From assembly GCA_964518565.1 (NCBI GenBank), contig CAZFGX010000001.1, forward strand, positions 524,470 to 588,469: a stretch of 64,000 bases of DNA, written 5' to 3'. This DNA comes from an uncultured Gammaproteobacteria bacterium. GTDB lineage: Bacteria; Patescibacteriota; Microgenomatia; CAZETR01; Amesbacteraceae. The notes below the pieces were generated by a model, which worked only from the letters and a program-made list of their open reading frames with translations, had not been told where the DNA came from and searched no databases. This document shows positions 10,167 to 18,822 of this stretch, one piece after another. How positions within the stretch are numbered: position 1 is the first letter of the stretch; every line of letters starts with the position of its first letter. The translations under genes and the position numbers were made by a program.

Positions 10167-11021
10167 TCACCTTGTCCCCAACCAGCCCGTCCGATACTCA
10201 CTTCCCAATATTAGTAAAATATCAACTCTTTGTGTATCGATCACGACTTCGCAGCCAAATTGAGCTTTCAAAAAAGCCAAGGTCGCAGACAACCCCATTG
10301 CCCTAATCCGACATCTGTCTACCATCTGTGTTGGATCGTTATCAATTTGTCCGACTCTCAAACCCGCGTGTTCTATTACTCGGGCTGCATGAGTTCCCAT
10401 TCCTGGTTCTCCCAACGAATTCACAATTCGGATATTTATTCCCTCAGATACAAGTCCAGCAGAAACAAACCATTCTCGAGCCTTATCGTCCCAGGTAGAT
10501 GAAAGACCTAAAACTTTGTTGCCATCTACTGTATCATTCTTTTCCAGCAAAGAAGTATCCGACAAATCGACAGAAGTGAATTGCTTTTGTCTGGATAGCC
10601 ACCACCACATAAATCTATCCCACGTGCCCAAATCTTGATCAAATCCCTGATAAGCCAGACCCAAACTATCTGCAATTGAATCCCCTGCCCATTTCCTACC
10701 ATACTGTCCAGACAATTTGGACATTACCCCCAAACGCCAACTCCCCCTACCACCCAAAGTAGCTATTTCCAAATCATTGGGTAACTTTAATTCAATCGCA
10801 TCCCCACTTACTGGATCCACACTTAAAAAACGAAATTCGTCACCCTGGTCAGTCTTTAATTGTCTCAATACAGTAAATCTACCCACACCTCGCCAACTTC
10901 GCTGCAAATACAAACGATACACAACCAGTGCAAAAACAAATATGACAATTCCCAACAAAATAATTGCGGTCACCATCCACCGAGAACGTTGAGCAGTTTT
11001 TCCACCTCGCAATCGAGTCAT
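10167..11021 (-). CDS. Membrane-anchored LytR C-terminal domain protein
   Basis: N-terminal TM; IRIVNSLGEPGMG..AA and DILLILG (LytR_C-like). Confidence 0.75.
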   Translation of the reverse strand: MTRLRGGKTAQRSRWMVTAIILLGIVIFVFALVVYRLYLQRSWRGVGRFTVLRQLKTDQGDEFRFLSVDPVSGDAIELKLPNDLEIATLGGRGSWRLGVMSKLSGQYGRKWAGDSIADSLGLAYQGFDQDLGTWDRFMWWWLSRQKQFTSVDLSDTSLLEKNDTVDGNKVLGLSSTWDDKAREWFVSAGLVSEGINIRIVNSLGEPGMGTHAARVIEHAGLRVGQIDNDPTQMVDRCRIRAMGLSATLAFLKAQFGCEVVIDTQRVDILLILGSEYRTGWLGTR

Positions 11022-11725
11022 TACATCGAGTGTACCAGTCGAGACAGGGTTGGAGCTAGATCAAAAGGCAACGGTGAATCAAAAGTCATCAATGTTCCGG
11101 TCACTGGGTGCGTAAATTCTAGTTGCGTTGCATGTAAGAATAAGCGTGGACAAAAAACCAAATCCTCCTTCAACCATTTTCGCCATCCATAAATAGGGTC
11201 TGAAACAATCGGATGGCCCATATGTTGCAAATGAACTCGTAATTGATGTGTTCTTCCTGTATGAGGTTTCAATTCCACCAAACAATAATCGACATAGGTC
11301 TCTTTGACTCGCCATTCTGTGATCGCCATTCGACTTAAGTCGGTACCGATAGCAAATTTGCTCTTATTTTTTGAATAACGTTCAATCGGTAAAGAAACTA
11401 TGCCCTGTGATTCTTTTAGTGTGCCATGCACCAAAGCCAAATACGTCTTTTGAGTTTTTCGCTCCAAAAATTGCTGTTTCAATCCTTCATATGCTTCAAG
11501 TGTTTTTGCCAGAACCATTACTCCACTCGTGTCCTTATCCAATCGATGCACGATTCCACCTTTTTGCCAAAATTCCGTCATTGTATCAGCTGCAACCAAA
11601 CGTGAAACAAACCATTGTTGAAGCGTCACATCTTTTACTGAATCAGCATTATTTACGACGATTCCTCCTGGCTTATCCACAACACACAAGTACTCATCCT
11701 CAAAAATCACTCGGATATCGATCAT
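11021..11725 (-). CDS. RluA-family pseudouridine synthase
   Basis: VVDKPGG, HRLDKDTSG, TGRTHQLRVH, HPIVSDPIYG, LFLHA. Confidence 0.95.
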   Translation of the reverse strand: MIDIRVIFEDEYLCVVDKPGGIVVNNADSVKDVTLQQWFVSRLVAADTMTEFWQKGGIVHRLDKDTSGVMVLAKTLEAYEGLKQQFLERKTQKTYLALVHGTLKESQGIVSLPIERYSKNKSKFAIGTDLSRMAITEWRVKETYVDYCLVELKPHTGRTHQLRVHLQHMGHPIVSDPIYGWRKWLKEDLVFCPRLFLHATQLEFTHPVTGTLMTFDSPLPFDLAPTLSRLVHSM

Positions 11726-12081
11726 TTTTCTTTTTTCTTTTCGCAGTCCACACAAACAGTCGTTTCAGGCATAACCATCAAACGATCTGTATCAATCATC
11801 TTTCCACAACGCTCACAAATACCATAATTACCCAGCTTAATTCTTGTCAGAGCTTTTCGAATCTGAATAATGCGTCGATCCACTGCAGTTCGCAACGCTG
11901 AAGCTTGCATATGCCCCACTTCTTCCATAGCCTCATCTCCTATATCTGCGTTTCCCACCAATCGACTCGTATCTCGTGCTGGATCAGCCGCCAAAATCTC
12001 TTTTCGTCGTTTCAATAAACCTTTCAGTTTTTCGGTTAAATGCTCAGCAACTGGTTTTAACAAATTTTGTGGATATTTCAT
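11722..12081 (-). CDS. DksA/TraR C4 zinc-finger protein
   Basis: YGICERCG.MI...RL..MPET..CVDC. Confidence 0.9.
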   Translation of the reverse strand: MKYPQNLLKPVAEHLTEKLKGLLKRRKEILAADPARDTSRLVGNADIGDEAMEEVGHMQASALRTAVDRRIIQIRKALTRIKLGNYGICERCGKMIDTDRLMVMPETTVCVDCEKKKEK

Positions 12082-12647
12082 GACTTTTGCAATAATACCC
12101 TAGAACGCAAGAGGATAGCAACCACTGAAACAGCCAGTACTACAGCTCCAATCCATAGATTCAAACTCATCTGCCAAAAGTCATGACAAATAAAAATAAT
12201 CGCCCATAAAATCAACCCCAAGCTTCCAACCAAACCGTTTTTTCCACTTTTATACCATCTCCATCGTCTGTAGGAACGTTTGACACCATACAATAGTAGC
12301 CCAGCCAAAACAGTAGCCAAAACATATATCCATTCATGTAAATAGCTAAAATATATTGCCCCCAAACCAAACGTGGCTTGTAAATCAAGATCCCACAATT
12401 CACCAAAATCCCATTTTAGTCGCCAACCAACCCCTACACAAACCGCAACGCCAGCCAATAATCCTGCCCAAACCGGCACATCAAACATTAGCCCAACTCT
12501 CACTGCTATTAATGTAAATACATACCAGGCAGCTGAAAAAATTAACACCTGCGACTCAACATAATCAATTCGCAATATCCGCCAAAAATAAAAACTCGTC
12601 CACAAAAAATACAAAACGACTAATCCTGCAAAAAAAATCTGGCTCAC
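12078..12647 (-). CDS. Membrane hypothetical protein
   Basis: About 6 TM segments; RRWRWYKSGKNG loop; co-directional between efp and the dksA-like gene. Confidence 0.7.
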   Translation of the reverse strand: MSQIFFAGLVVLYFLWTSFYFWRILRIDYVESQVLIFSAAWYVFTLIAVRVGLMFDVPVWAGLLAGVAVCVGVGWRLKWDFGELWDLDLQATFGLGAIYFSYLHEWIYVLATVLAGLLLYGVKRSYRRWRWYKSGKNGLVGSLGLILWAIIFICHDFWQMSLNLWIGAVVLAVSVVAILLRSRVLLQKS

Positions 12648-12651
12648 CCTA

Positions 12652-13218
12652 TTATTTTACTCGTTCCGCGTAAGATCCGTCACGGGTATCAATAAGTACT
12701 TTTTCACCTTCTTCAATAAACAAGGGCACTTTAACAGTCATCCCATTATCCAAAACAGCACTTTTATACAAGTTAGACACACTATTACCTTTTACTCCTG
12801 GATCAGTTTGGGCAATAGTAAATTGCATTTTTGGTGGCAGTTCAACACTCAAAGCGCGCTCCTCCCAAAAAAGAATATTTACCGTAATTCCTTCTACCAA
12901 ATAGGCTGCCTGTTCTCCGACGTCTTCAGGAGAAATTGCCACTTGCTCGTAAGTCTTAGGATCCATAAAAGCAAATCCTTCACCATCTTTATATAAATAC
13001 TGCATTGGCTTACGCATCAGATCGATCACATCTACCCGAGCTGAATTTACAAAAGATTTTTCTACGATTGCTCCACTGAGCAAATTTCGCATTTTTATCT
13101 TGATTGTGGCCGATCCCCGACCCATTTTTATATGTTCATATTTCAATCCCACCCATGGCTGGCCATCCAGCAAAAAAGCTGTCCCGTTTCGAATATCTTG
13201 TACACCAATTTGCGCCAT
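12652..13218 (-). CDS. efp: Elongation factor P
   Basis: HIKMGRGSA, QYLYKDG, PGVKGNS, VPLFIEEGE, IDTRDGSY. Confidence 0.97.
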   Translation of the reverse strand: MAQIGVQDIRNGTAFLLDGQPWVGLKYEHIKMGRGSATIKIKMRNLLSGAIVEKSFVNSARVDVIDLMRKPMQYLYKDGEGFAFMDPKTYEQVAISPEDVGEQAAYLVEGITVNILFWEERALSVELPPKMQFTIAQTDPGVKGNSVSNLYKSAVLDNGMTVKVPLFIEEGEKVLIDTRDGSYAERVK

Positions 13219-13238
13219 AGCAAGTTCAGATTATATCA

Positions 13239-13457
13239 CTACAGCTTCCATTTCTGACAGACACCGTGTTCGCGAGAAATATATGATCGCCGTCGCAAAA
13301 TTTCGGTATGTTCATCCGAATCTACAATATCTACGGTCTTTACTTGTTCACAGTACCACAAACAACCAGCCACAGCGCATGCCACGCCAAATTGATATTC
13401 ACCCACTAAATATTTTCCGTCTACTACCCTTCCCAACTCACATTCCACACGCTTCAT
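13239..13457 (-). CDS. 72-aa Cys-rich hypothetical protein
   Basis: MKRVEC...CAVAGCLWYC...HGVCQKWKL; TATAAT 6 nt upstream of the ATG; fills the efp-tRNA gap. Confidence 0.6.
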   Translation of the reverse strand: MKRVECELGRVVDGKYLVGEYQFGVACAVAGCLWYCEQVKTVDIVDSDEHTEILRRRSYISREHGVCQKWKL

Positions 13458-13463
13458 AAAAAA

Positions 13464-13473
13464 ATTATATAAT
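13464..13473. promoter_or_regulatory. Palindromic bidirectional -10 element ATTATATAAT
   Basis: TATAAT on both strands: 8 nt before the tRNA 5' end (+) and 6 nt before ATG 13457 (-). Confidence 0.6.
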
Positions 13474-13481
13474 ACGTCTAC

Positions 13482-13566
13482 GCCGAAGTGGTGGAATGGT
13501 AGACACGCAGGTCTCAAAAACCTGTGAGCCCTAAAGCTCATGACGGTTCGAGTCCGTCCTTCGGCA
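13482..13566 (+). tRNA. tRNA-Leu(CAA)
   Basis: Acceptor GCCGAAG/CTTCGGC, D-loop TGGTAGA, anticodon loop CTCAAAA, long variable arm, GGTTCGAGTCC; CCA not encoded. Confidence 0.97.
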
Positions 13567-13571
13567 CAAGC

Positions 13572-13700
13572 TTGAAATATCCTATAGTTTGTAATAAAAT
13601 AGCTTCAGTTGTAATCTGTGACAGTCTCAAGCAGGCCTACTCACAAATTACCCGTTTTTAGTAGTTCTTTCAAAAATTGCAGAGAATAAGGAGTATTTGT
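13572..13700 (+). promoter_or_regulatory. sigma70 promoter, leader hairpin, boxA-like motif and SD
   Basis: TTGAAA(13572)-17-TAAAAT(13595); stem 13611-13651; GTTCTTTCAAAA 13664; AAGGAG. Confidence 0.65.
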
Positions 13701-14051
13701 ATGAAAATCACATTTGCAAATATTAATGAAGTGTTCGCTCAGTTGAGCAAGATGTTGGATGGCCACAATTACCAAATTGTTACCACACAACAAAGCCAAC
13801 CAACCCAAACTCAAAAGTTTCAGGCACCCAACACCAAGTTGCAGCTCGGACAAGAAGGTTGCGACAACCCAACTTGGAAACAAATCAACGGCTATCAGAA
13901 TGATGACTGGAAATGGGGCTTTAGCGTTTTTGAAACCGATGAAGGAATGAAAAGGGAAAACCCATTCATCGTCTTCGAGACCAAGAAGGCCGTCATCACC
14001 GTCAAACAAGAAGGCTTCCATGATCAAATATTAGAAATAGCCGCAATCTAA
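13701..14051 (+). CDS. Orphan array protein 1 (116 aa)
   Basis: SD AAGGAG; shared N-terminal pattern ITFANINEV..QL..ML....Y; WGF..NP. Confidence 0.8.
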   Translation: MKITFANINEVFAQLSKMLDGHNYQIVTTQQSQPTQTQKFQAPNTKLQLGQEGCDNPTWKQINGYQNDDWKWGFSVFETDEGMKRENPFIVFETKKAVITVKQEGFHDQILEIAAI

Positions 14052-14067
14052 ATCCGCAAGGAGGAAA

Positions 14068-14424
14068 ATGGCTCAAACAATCAAAACTAGTCCTGAGAAT
14101 GCACTTCAAATAGTCACACAAGTTGCAAATCAATTCTCCGGAAAACCCTACGATCTAACCACGATTGTTTCGGGGCAGCAAAATCGACACGCAAAAATAA
14201 CCAAATCAAGCATTTTGCTAGAGTTCGATGGAATACATGCAATAAAAATAATTGCAAATGATAGCGCTCTAGACAAAATCCCTATATGGGAAGTTCATGT
14301 GTATCCCGAGAATTCACCAAATTTCCACAAAAACCCCTCAATCACTTTCGACAAAAAAGATTGTGTAATTGATTGGGTAGACGAATTTGAACGACACGTA
14401 ACATATATCCTGAGAAATCTTTAA
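14068..14424 (+). CDS. Orphan array protein 2 (118 aa)
   Basis: SD AAGGAGG; TSPENALQI..QV..QF....Y; W...NP. Confidence 0.8.
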   Translation: MAQTIKTSPENALQIVTQVANQFSGKPYDLTTIVSGQQNRHAKITKSSILLEFDGIHAIKIIANDSALDKIPIWEVHVYPENSPNFHKNPSITFDKKDCVIDWVDEFERHVTYILRNL

Positions 14425-14438
14425 ACTCTGCAGTTTAT

Positions 14439-14469
14439 CCCTAGCGCCGGTCACCCCGGCGCTTTTTTT
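14439..14469 (+). terminator. Intrinsic terminator, copy 1 of a 31-bp repeat
   Basis: AGCGCCGG-TCACC-CCGGCGCT plus T run. Confidence 0.88.
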
Positions 14470-14489
14470 TGGGAATTACTAGCCAAAAA

Positions 14490-14546
14490 GAGTAAAATAC
14501 ACTCCCCTGTTCGTACTTTGACAAATACGTGAGTATAGGAGGTTAT
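14490..14546 (+). promoter_or_regulatory. -10, boxA-like motif and SD
   Basis: TAAAAT 14493; GTACTTTGACAA 14513; GGAGG 14538. Confidence 0.6.
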
Positions 14547-14912
14547 ATGACTTCAACTAGGTCAGTAAGACTAAGCTTGGATAATAAATTTGAGTTATTA
14601 CAACAACTTCGAAACCATTTTCCAACCGACTATCAATATACATACACCATGAATGGCCAACTGGTCGAATCAAAAATAGTCAAATCCCGATTTGTACTCA
14701 AAACTTTTGAAAACAATGATGGTTGGTGGTACTTATTTGCTCTAGATGACAAAAATGATATTCAGTGGGGTTTCTTTTTTGTCAATGAAAAGACAACAGC
14801 CAGAAAAAGAAACCCAGTTTTCTTATTCACTGACGAAGGAATTCTTATTCACTTCGAGTTAAAAACCAGAGATAGATTGGAATACAAATTAGAAAAAATA
14901 AAGGAGAAATAG
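14547..14912 (+). CDS. Orphan array protein 3 (121 aa)
   Basis: SD GGAGG; LSLDNKFEL..QL..HF...Y; QWGF..KRNP. Confidence 0.8.
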   Translation: MTSTRSVRLSLDNKFELLQQLRNHFPTDYQYTYTMNGQLVESKIVKSRFVLKTFENNDGWWYLFALDDKNDIQWGFFFVNEKTTARKRNPVFLFTDEGILIHFELKTRDRLEYKLEKIKEK

Positions 14913-14913
14913 T

Positions 14914-15252
14914 ATGGAACAGATACAAATTACCCCCGGAAACGCTAAAGAAATTGCGACCAAGTTACAGCAACTACTTCAAAATCGACAATTTCGATTT
15001 CGGTTTTATCGAAACAGTATTCAAGAAAAAATTCTCGCCAACACATCATTGGCAGATACAAACTCCTTGCTTGTAGACAATCCCTCTGACCCACACGCAC
15101 TTCATATTCATCTGGCAAACGAGTCACTCATATTGGTTCTCGCATTTTTCTACACCCTAAAAGTCACGGCCAACCCCGTCGTTATCACAGTCACAAGCAT
15201 GGCCATGCGTCATCACCCGACAATGATGTATGAGTTTGAAATCTTGCCGTAA
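14914..15252 (+). CDS. Orphan array protein 4 (112 aa)
   Basis: SD AAGGAG; ITPGNAKEI..KL..LL....F. Confidence 0.8.
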   Translation: MEQIQITPGNAKEIATKLQQLLQNRQFRFRFYRNSIQEKILANTSLADTNSLLVDNPSDPHALHIHLANESLILVLAFFYTLKVTANPVVITVTSMAMRHHPTMMYEFEILP

Positions 15253-15265
15253 ATAAGGAGAAAAT

Positions 15266-15622
15266 ATGCAACAGTCAATACTATTGAATGCACAAACATG
15301 CGAATCAATTATTCAAGAGTTAATTAGCCGTTTAAATACAAAAACATTCTCCTACACTTTTCTAGACCCAGACAATACGATCACTGAACATGTTGCAAAC
15401 CTTCAATTAAGACCAAACGTTCCAAATCCAATCATGTATGGAGAACACTGTTTCATCATTGCACTGGCAGGGACAAAAAGTATTTTTGTCCGTCCTGAAA
15501 AAGATGACTCGGTAATGTTCAATTTCTTAGAAGATGAATCAGTAGTAATTGTAAACAGATCCAATCAAAAACAATTCAAATTGGTTATTCTCTCGGGAGG
15601 CAAGCATGCAAGTAGCAGCTGA
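15266..15622 (+). CDS. Orphan array protein 5 (118 aa)
   Basis: SD AAGGAG; LNAQTCESI..EL..RL....F. Confidence 0.8.
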   Translation: MQQSILLNAQTCESIIQELISRLNTKTFSYTFLDPDNTITEHVANLQLRPNVPNPIMYGEHCFIIALAGTKSIFVRPEKDDSVMFNFLEDESVVIVNRSNQKQFKLVILSGGKHASSS

Positions 15623-15935
15623 AGATACCTTAAAAGTAATTCGAATTGTCCGTGGTTGGTTGAAAGATACAAAAGTATCTGTCAAACACACCCAAAATAA
15701 TGGTGATGTCGATCAAACCCAAGATGTCACAATTTCAGGCAACCAAATCAGCTTCTCTCGTAGCCCAGTGTTTATGGAAAATATGTTCATCCACATTGGA
15801 AACTGGACGGCTGTTCTATATCCAAGATCTGCCAAAGATAAACAAACGACCATTGAAACCTCAAAGACACACATGACGATTGTCGTCAAAAACAAAAGTG
15901 GTGAAGAAACTTGGGTATTTGCACCCATGGAGTAA
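15606..15935 (+). CDS. Orphan array protein 6 (109 aa)
   Basis: SD GGGAGG; VAAEDTLKV..IV..WL....V. Confidence 0.75.
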   Translation: MQVAAEDTLKVIRIVRGWLKDTKVSVKHTQNNGDVDQTQDVTISGNQISFSRSPVFMENMFIHIGNWTAVLYPRSAKDKQTTIETSKTHMTIVVKNKSGEETWVFAPME

Positions 15936-15950
15936 TCATCAAGACAAATC

Positions 15951-15981
15951 CCCTAGCGCCGGTCACCCCGGCGCTTTTTTT
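15951..15981 (+). terminator. Intrinsic terminator, copy 2 of the 31-bp repeat
   Basis: Identical to 14439-14469. Confidence 0.88.
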
Positions 15982-15995
15982 ATTTTCATAAATAA

Positions 15996-16069
15996 CCTAT
16001 AATAATAATTTCGGGGCAACAGCTGTCCCAAATTTTGTACATTCATAAATTACATAAGGAGAAAATCGT
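15996..16069 (+). promoter_or_regulatory. -10, hairpin, boxA-like motif and SD
   Basis: TATAAT 15998; GGGGCA/TGTCCC stem; GTACATTCATAA 16037; AAGGAG 16056. Confidence 0.55.
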
Positions 16070-16414
16070 ATGGCTGATGTGCTAGTTCTTAGTCCAAATA
16101 CCGTCGCTGAAATCGTCGACAAAACTCGTAAACTACTCGATCAAAAGAAGTTTGATTACACCAAACGCCCAATCAAAATCACACACGACTCGCCGCCCAT
16201 AATCTTGTATAACGTGAGTCTAAATCCACAGAGAAGTTATGGTCGCCATCCGGTGTATATGGTCAGTGACAACATTTTAAGTTTCCTATACATCCATTTT
16301 AGCGAAAGCACTATATCACTTAGTTCTAGACAAGTAGTTGTCTTTGAATTTGAGTCAAACCAACTACGAATCAAAACTAAGTATGCTGAGCAGACTTTCA
16401 CTATCCAGGAGTAA
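16070..16414 (+). CDS. Orphan array protein 7 (114 aa)
   Basis: SD AAGGAG; LSPNTVAEI..KT..LL....F. Confidence 0.8.
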   Translation: MADVLVLSPNTVAEIVDKTRKLLDQKKFDYTKRPIKITHDSPPIILYNVSLNPQRSYGRHPVYMVSDNILSFLYIHFSESTISLSSRQVVVFEFESNQLRIKTKYAEQTFTIQE

Positions 16415-16417
16415 ATT

Positions 16418-16741
16418 ATGACAGCACTAGTAGTCGGTCCCCAAAACACCTGGTACAGTCTCGAACGCGAGAATTTACCACTTTGGGTGTTCATGAACCA
16501 ACATCTATCCTGTTTACGTAAATTTACCCTAGATACCCTGATCGAAATCGAATATCTGCTTCATCACCAAAATCTGTGTATCTCAGAGACTAGTCCTTGG
16601 CAAGTTCTTGACCAACTCCGACAAGGCCTCTGCCTACTGGGTATTTCCGACATCGATGTTGGTCTTGAAGAAGCTCGAACGAAGTTTGCCTTATGTGATC
16701 CAAACACGTTTAAGGTCAGATTAGAAAAACATCTGATCTAA
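16418..16741 (+). CDS. Hypothetical protein, last gene of the array (different, more helical pattern)
   Basis: SD AGGAG; 107 aa; followed by a terminator. Confidence 0.7.
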   Translation: MTALVVGPQNTWYSLERENLPLWVFMNQHLSCLRKFTLDTLIEIEYLLHHQNLCISETSPWQVLDQLRQGLCLLGISDIDVGLEEARTKFALCDPNTFKVRLEKHLI

Positions 16742-16751
16742 ACCGCATCCC

Positions 16752-16781
16752 AGCGCTTTGATAATTCAAAGCGCTTTTTTT
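16752..16781 (+). terminator. Intrinsic terminator between the array and convergent dnaB
   Basis: AGCGCTTTGA-TAAT-TCAAAGCGCT plus T run. Confidence 0.85.
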
Positions 16782-18102
16782 ATTCCTTACGTTTTGTCTC
16801 TACGCCATAAAACCGTACCTTATCACCCTTGAACCGTAGCTTGACAGACCCCACCGCACCATTGCGATGTTTGGCCACATCCAGTGTCATATTTTCCAAA
16901 TCCTCATCATTTTCTCGCCACAAAAACATGACCACGTCAGCGTCTTGTTCAATTGCCCCAGATTCACGCAAATCAGCCAATTGTGGTCGTTTTACGCCTC
17001 GAGACTCCACATTACGTGACAACTGAGACAACGCCAATACTGGTATTTTTAATTCCCGAGCCAAATTTTTTAATCCTTGAGAGATTTCAGACACTTCCTG
17101 CACCCGACTATCCATATTTCGACTTGGCCGTGCCAATTGCAAATAATCCACCACGATCAAGCGCAATCCATGTTCTGCCTGCAATCTTCGTGCCTTAGTG
17201 CGCATCTCAAGTATTGAAATGCCTGGGGTATCATCAATATATAGCGGCGTTTCATACAACTCACCCATAGCATCAGACAAACGTGTGAATTCATTTTCAT
17301 CCATTCGACCAGTTTTCATTTTCCAAGCATCAATTTCGGCATGCGACACCAACAACCGATCGATCATTTCTTCTTTACTCATTTCCAAAGCAAAAAAACC
17401 AACAGGAAGTTTGTGGTGAAATGCTGCATTGTGTGCCACATTCAAGGCAAGGGCTGTCTTTCCCACACCAGGTCGCGCAGCCAAAATCAGTAAATTTGAA
17501 TCCTGCATTCCCGCCAACATATTATCCAGCTGAGTAAATCCTGTTGGCACACCTCGCAACCCTCCAGCTGATTTATGCAATTCATCCAATCTATCAAATG
17601 AATCCGCCAAAATATCTTTTACCGGCACGAAAATTTGCTTCAAATGTTGTTGCGACAGAGCAAATACCGACTGCTCAGCTCCATCCAAAATCTCCCGTAC
17701 ATTTTTACTTTCATCAAATGCCAGATCAGTAATTTTTGTCGCCGAAGAAATTAATTGACGTTTTGTGTAATCATCTTTTACCAAATGGGCATAATGTGCT
17801 GCATGTGCTGCCGTAGGCACTCCATTTACTAATTCAGTTAAATATTCGCTCCCACCGATTTCTGTCAGTGTTTTTAATTTTTTTAACCGCTCCGTCACAG
17901 AAACCACGTCCACTGGCTCACGATCTTGATACAAATCAACTACCGCCTGGAATACACGCTGATGTCGAGGATCATAAAAATGCTCCGGACGCAAAAATTC
18001 TACCACCTCAACTACTGCATCACGATCAATGAGTACCGCACCTAAAACCGATTGTTCAGCCACATCGGAGTGTGGCGGAACTTTTGCTTTTTCCTGCGCC
18101 AT
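16780..18102 (-). CDS. dnaB: Replicative DNA helicase
   Basis: PPHS..AEQSVLG, AARPGVGKT, VDYLQL, LSQLSR, DLRESGAIEQDAD, KHRNG. Confidence 0.98.
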   Translation of the reverse strand: MAQEKAKVPPHSDVAEQSVLGAVLIDRDAVVEVVEFLRPEHFYDPRHQRVFQAVVDLYQDREPVDVVSVTERLKKLKTLTEIGGSEYLTELVNGVPTAAHAAHYAHLVKDDYTKRQLISSATKITDLAFDESKNVREILDGAEQSVFALSQQHLKQIFVPVKDILADSFDRLDELHKSAGGLRGVPTGFTQLDNMLAGMQDSNLLILAARPGVGKTALALNVAHNAAFHHKLPVGFFALEMSKEEMIDRLLVSHAEIDAWKMKTGRMDENEFTRLSDAMGELYETPLYIDDTPGISILEMRTKARRLQAEHGLRLIVVDYLQLARPSRNMDSRVQEVSEISQGLKNLARELKIPVLALSQLSRNVESRGVKRPQLADLRESGAIEQDADVVMFLWRENDEDLENMTLDVAKHRNGAVGSVKLRFKGDKVRFYGVETKRKE

Positions 18103-18114
18103 ACCCGGAATATA

Positions 18115-18753
18115 CTATTTCTTCTCCATGACCACCACTGTCAATTCAGTCGGCAGCTTATCAGCACTAATCGAATACTTTGCCACAGGCACAATTTCAG
18201 TTTTTCCTATTTCCTTCAAAAAATCCTCTACTCCAGCCAGCGTCGCAGGCAAAACAATTCCTGCCTGATGATAATGCATAGGAATTACTACCCACGGATC
18301 AATCTGTTTTACTACTTCGACTGCAGTCTTTGCATCGATCGTATACACACCCCCGACAGGAATCAGCAATATATCCACGTTACCCATCTCATCTAATTGT
18401 GCTTGGGTCAATTTATGACCCAAATCCCCCAAATGTGCCACTCTCAAACCATCCATCTCTACTACATAAATTGTATTTGTTCCTCTCTCAGCTCCGTTCT
18501 GGTCATCGTGAAAGCTCGCCACTCCTACAATAGAAATTCCTTTTACTTCATACTCACCCGGACCATCGATCAAAAAACCAGCTTCTACATTCTTAATATC
18601 GTTGTGATCTGGGTGTCCGTGAGATACAGTCAAAATATCTGCTTGGATATCTTTGGGGTATTTACCAAAATCTCCTCCATATGGATCCATAGCCACTGCC
18701 CCAAGTTTTCCCTTGAGTCGAAATGACGCATGACCTAAATACACAATATCCAT
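18115..18753 (-). CDS. MBL-fold metallo-hydrolase (Lactamase_B_3-like)
   Basis: YLGHASF, SHGHPDH, GPGEYE, HLGDLGH, IPMHY. Confidence 0.9.
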   Translation of the reverse strand: MDIVYLGHASFRLKGKLGAVAMDPYGGDFGKYPKDIQADILTVSHGHPDHNDIKNVEAGFLIDGPGEYEVKGISIVGVASFHDDQNGAERGTNTIYVVEMDGLRVAHLGDLGHKLTQAQLDEMGNVDILLIPVGGVYTIDAKTAVEVVKQIDPWVVIPMHYHQAGIVLPATLAGVEDFLKEIGKTEIVPVAKYSISADKLPTELTVVVMEKK

Positions 18754-18786
18754 ACCAAGCCCCAGGATACCAGAGCCATGTTGACC

Positions 18787-18815
18787 TTGACAAGGGTAAG
18801 ACACATTGTTAATCT
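18787..18815 (+). promoter_or_regulatory. sigma70 promoter for a leaderless transcript
   Basis: TTGACA(18787)-17-TAATCT(18810) with upstream TG; 7 nt before ATG 18823. Confidence 0.65.
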
Positions 18816-18822
18816 CCAAACC

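Noticed and set aside
14439-15981. CRISPR repeats or integron attC sites
   Set aside because: Only two copies 1.5 kb apart, a terminator-like T tail, no cas or intI, and no RYYYAAC/GTTRRRY ends
13701-16741. Diversity-generating retroelement targets
   Set aside because: No reverse transcriptase in the window and no TR/VR pair of near-identical repeats differing at adenines
13482-16781. Integrative element or prophage inserted at tRNA-Leu
   Set aside because: No integrase beside the tRNA, no duplicated tRNA 3' end near 16741-16780 and no recognisable phage genes
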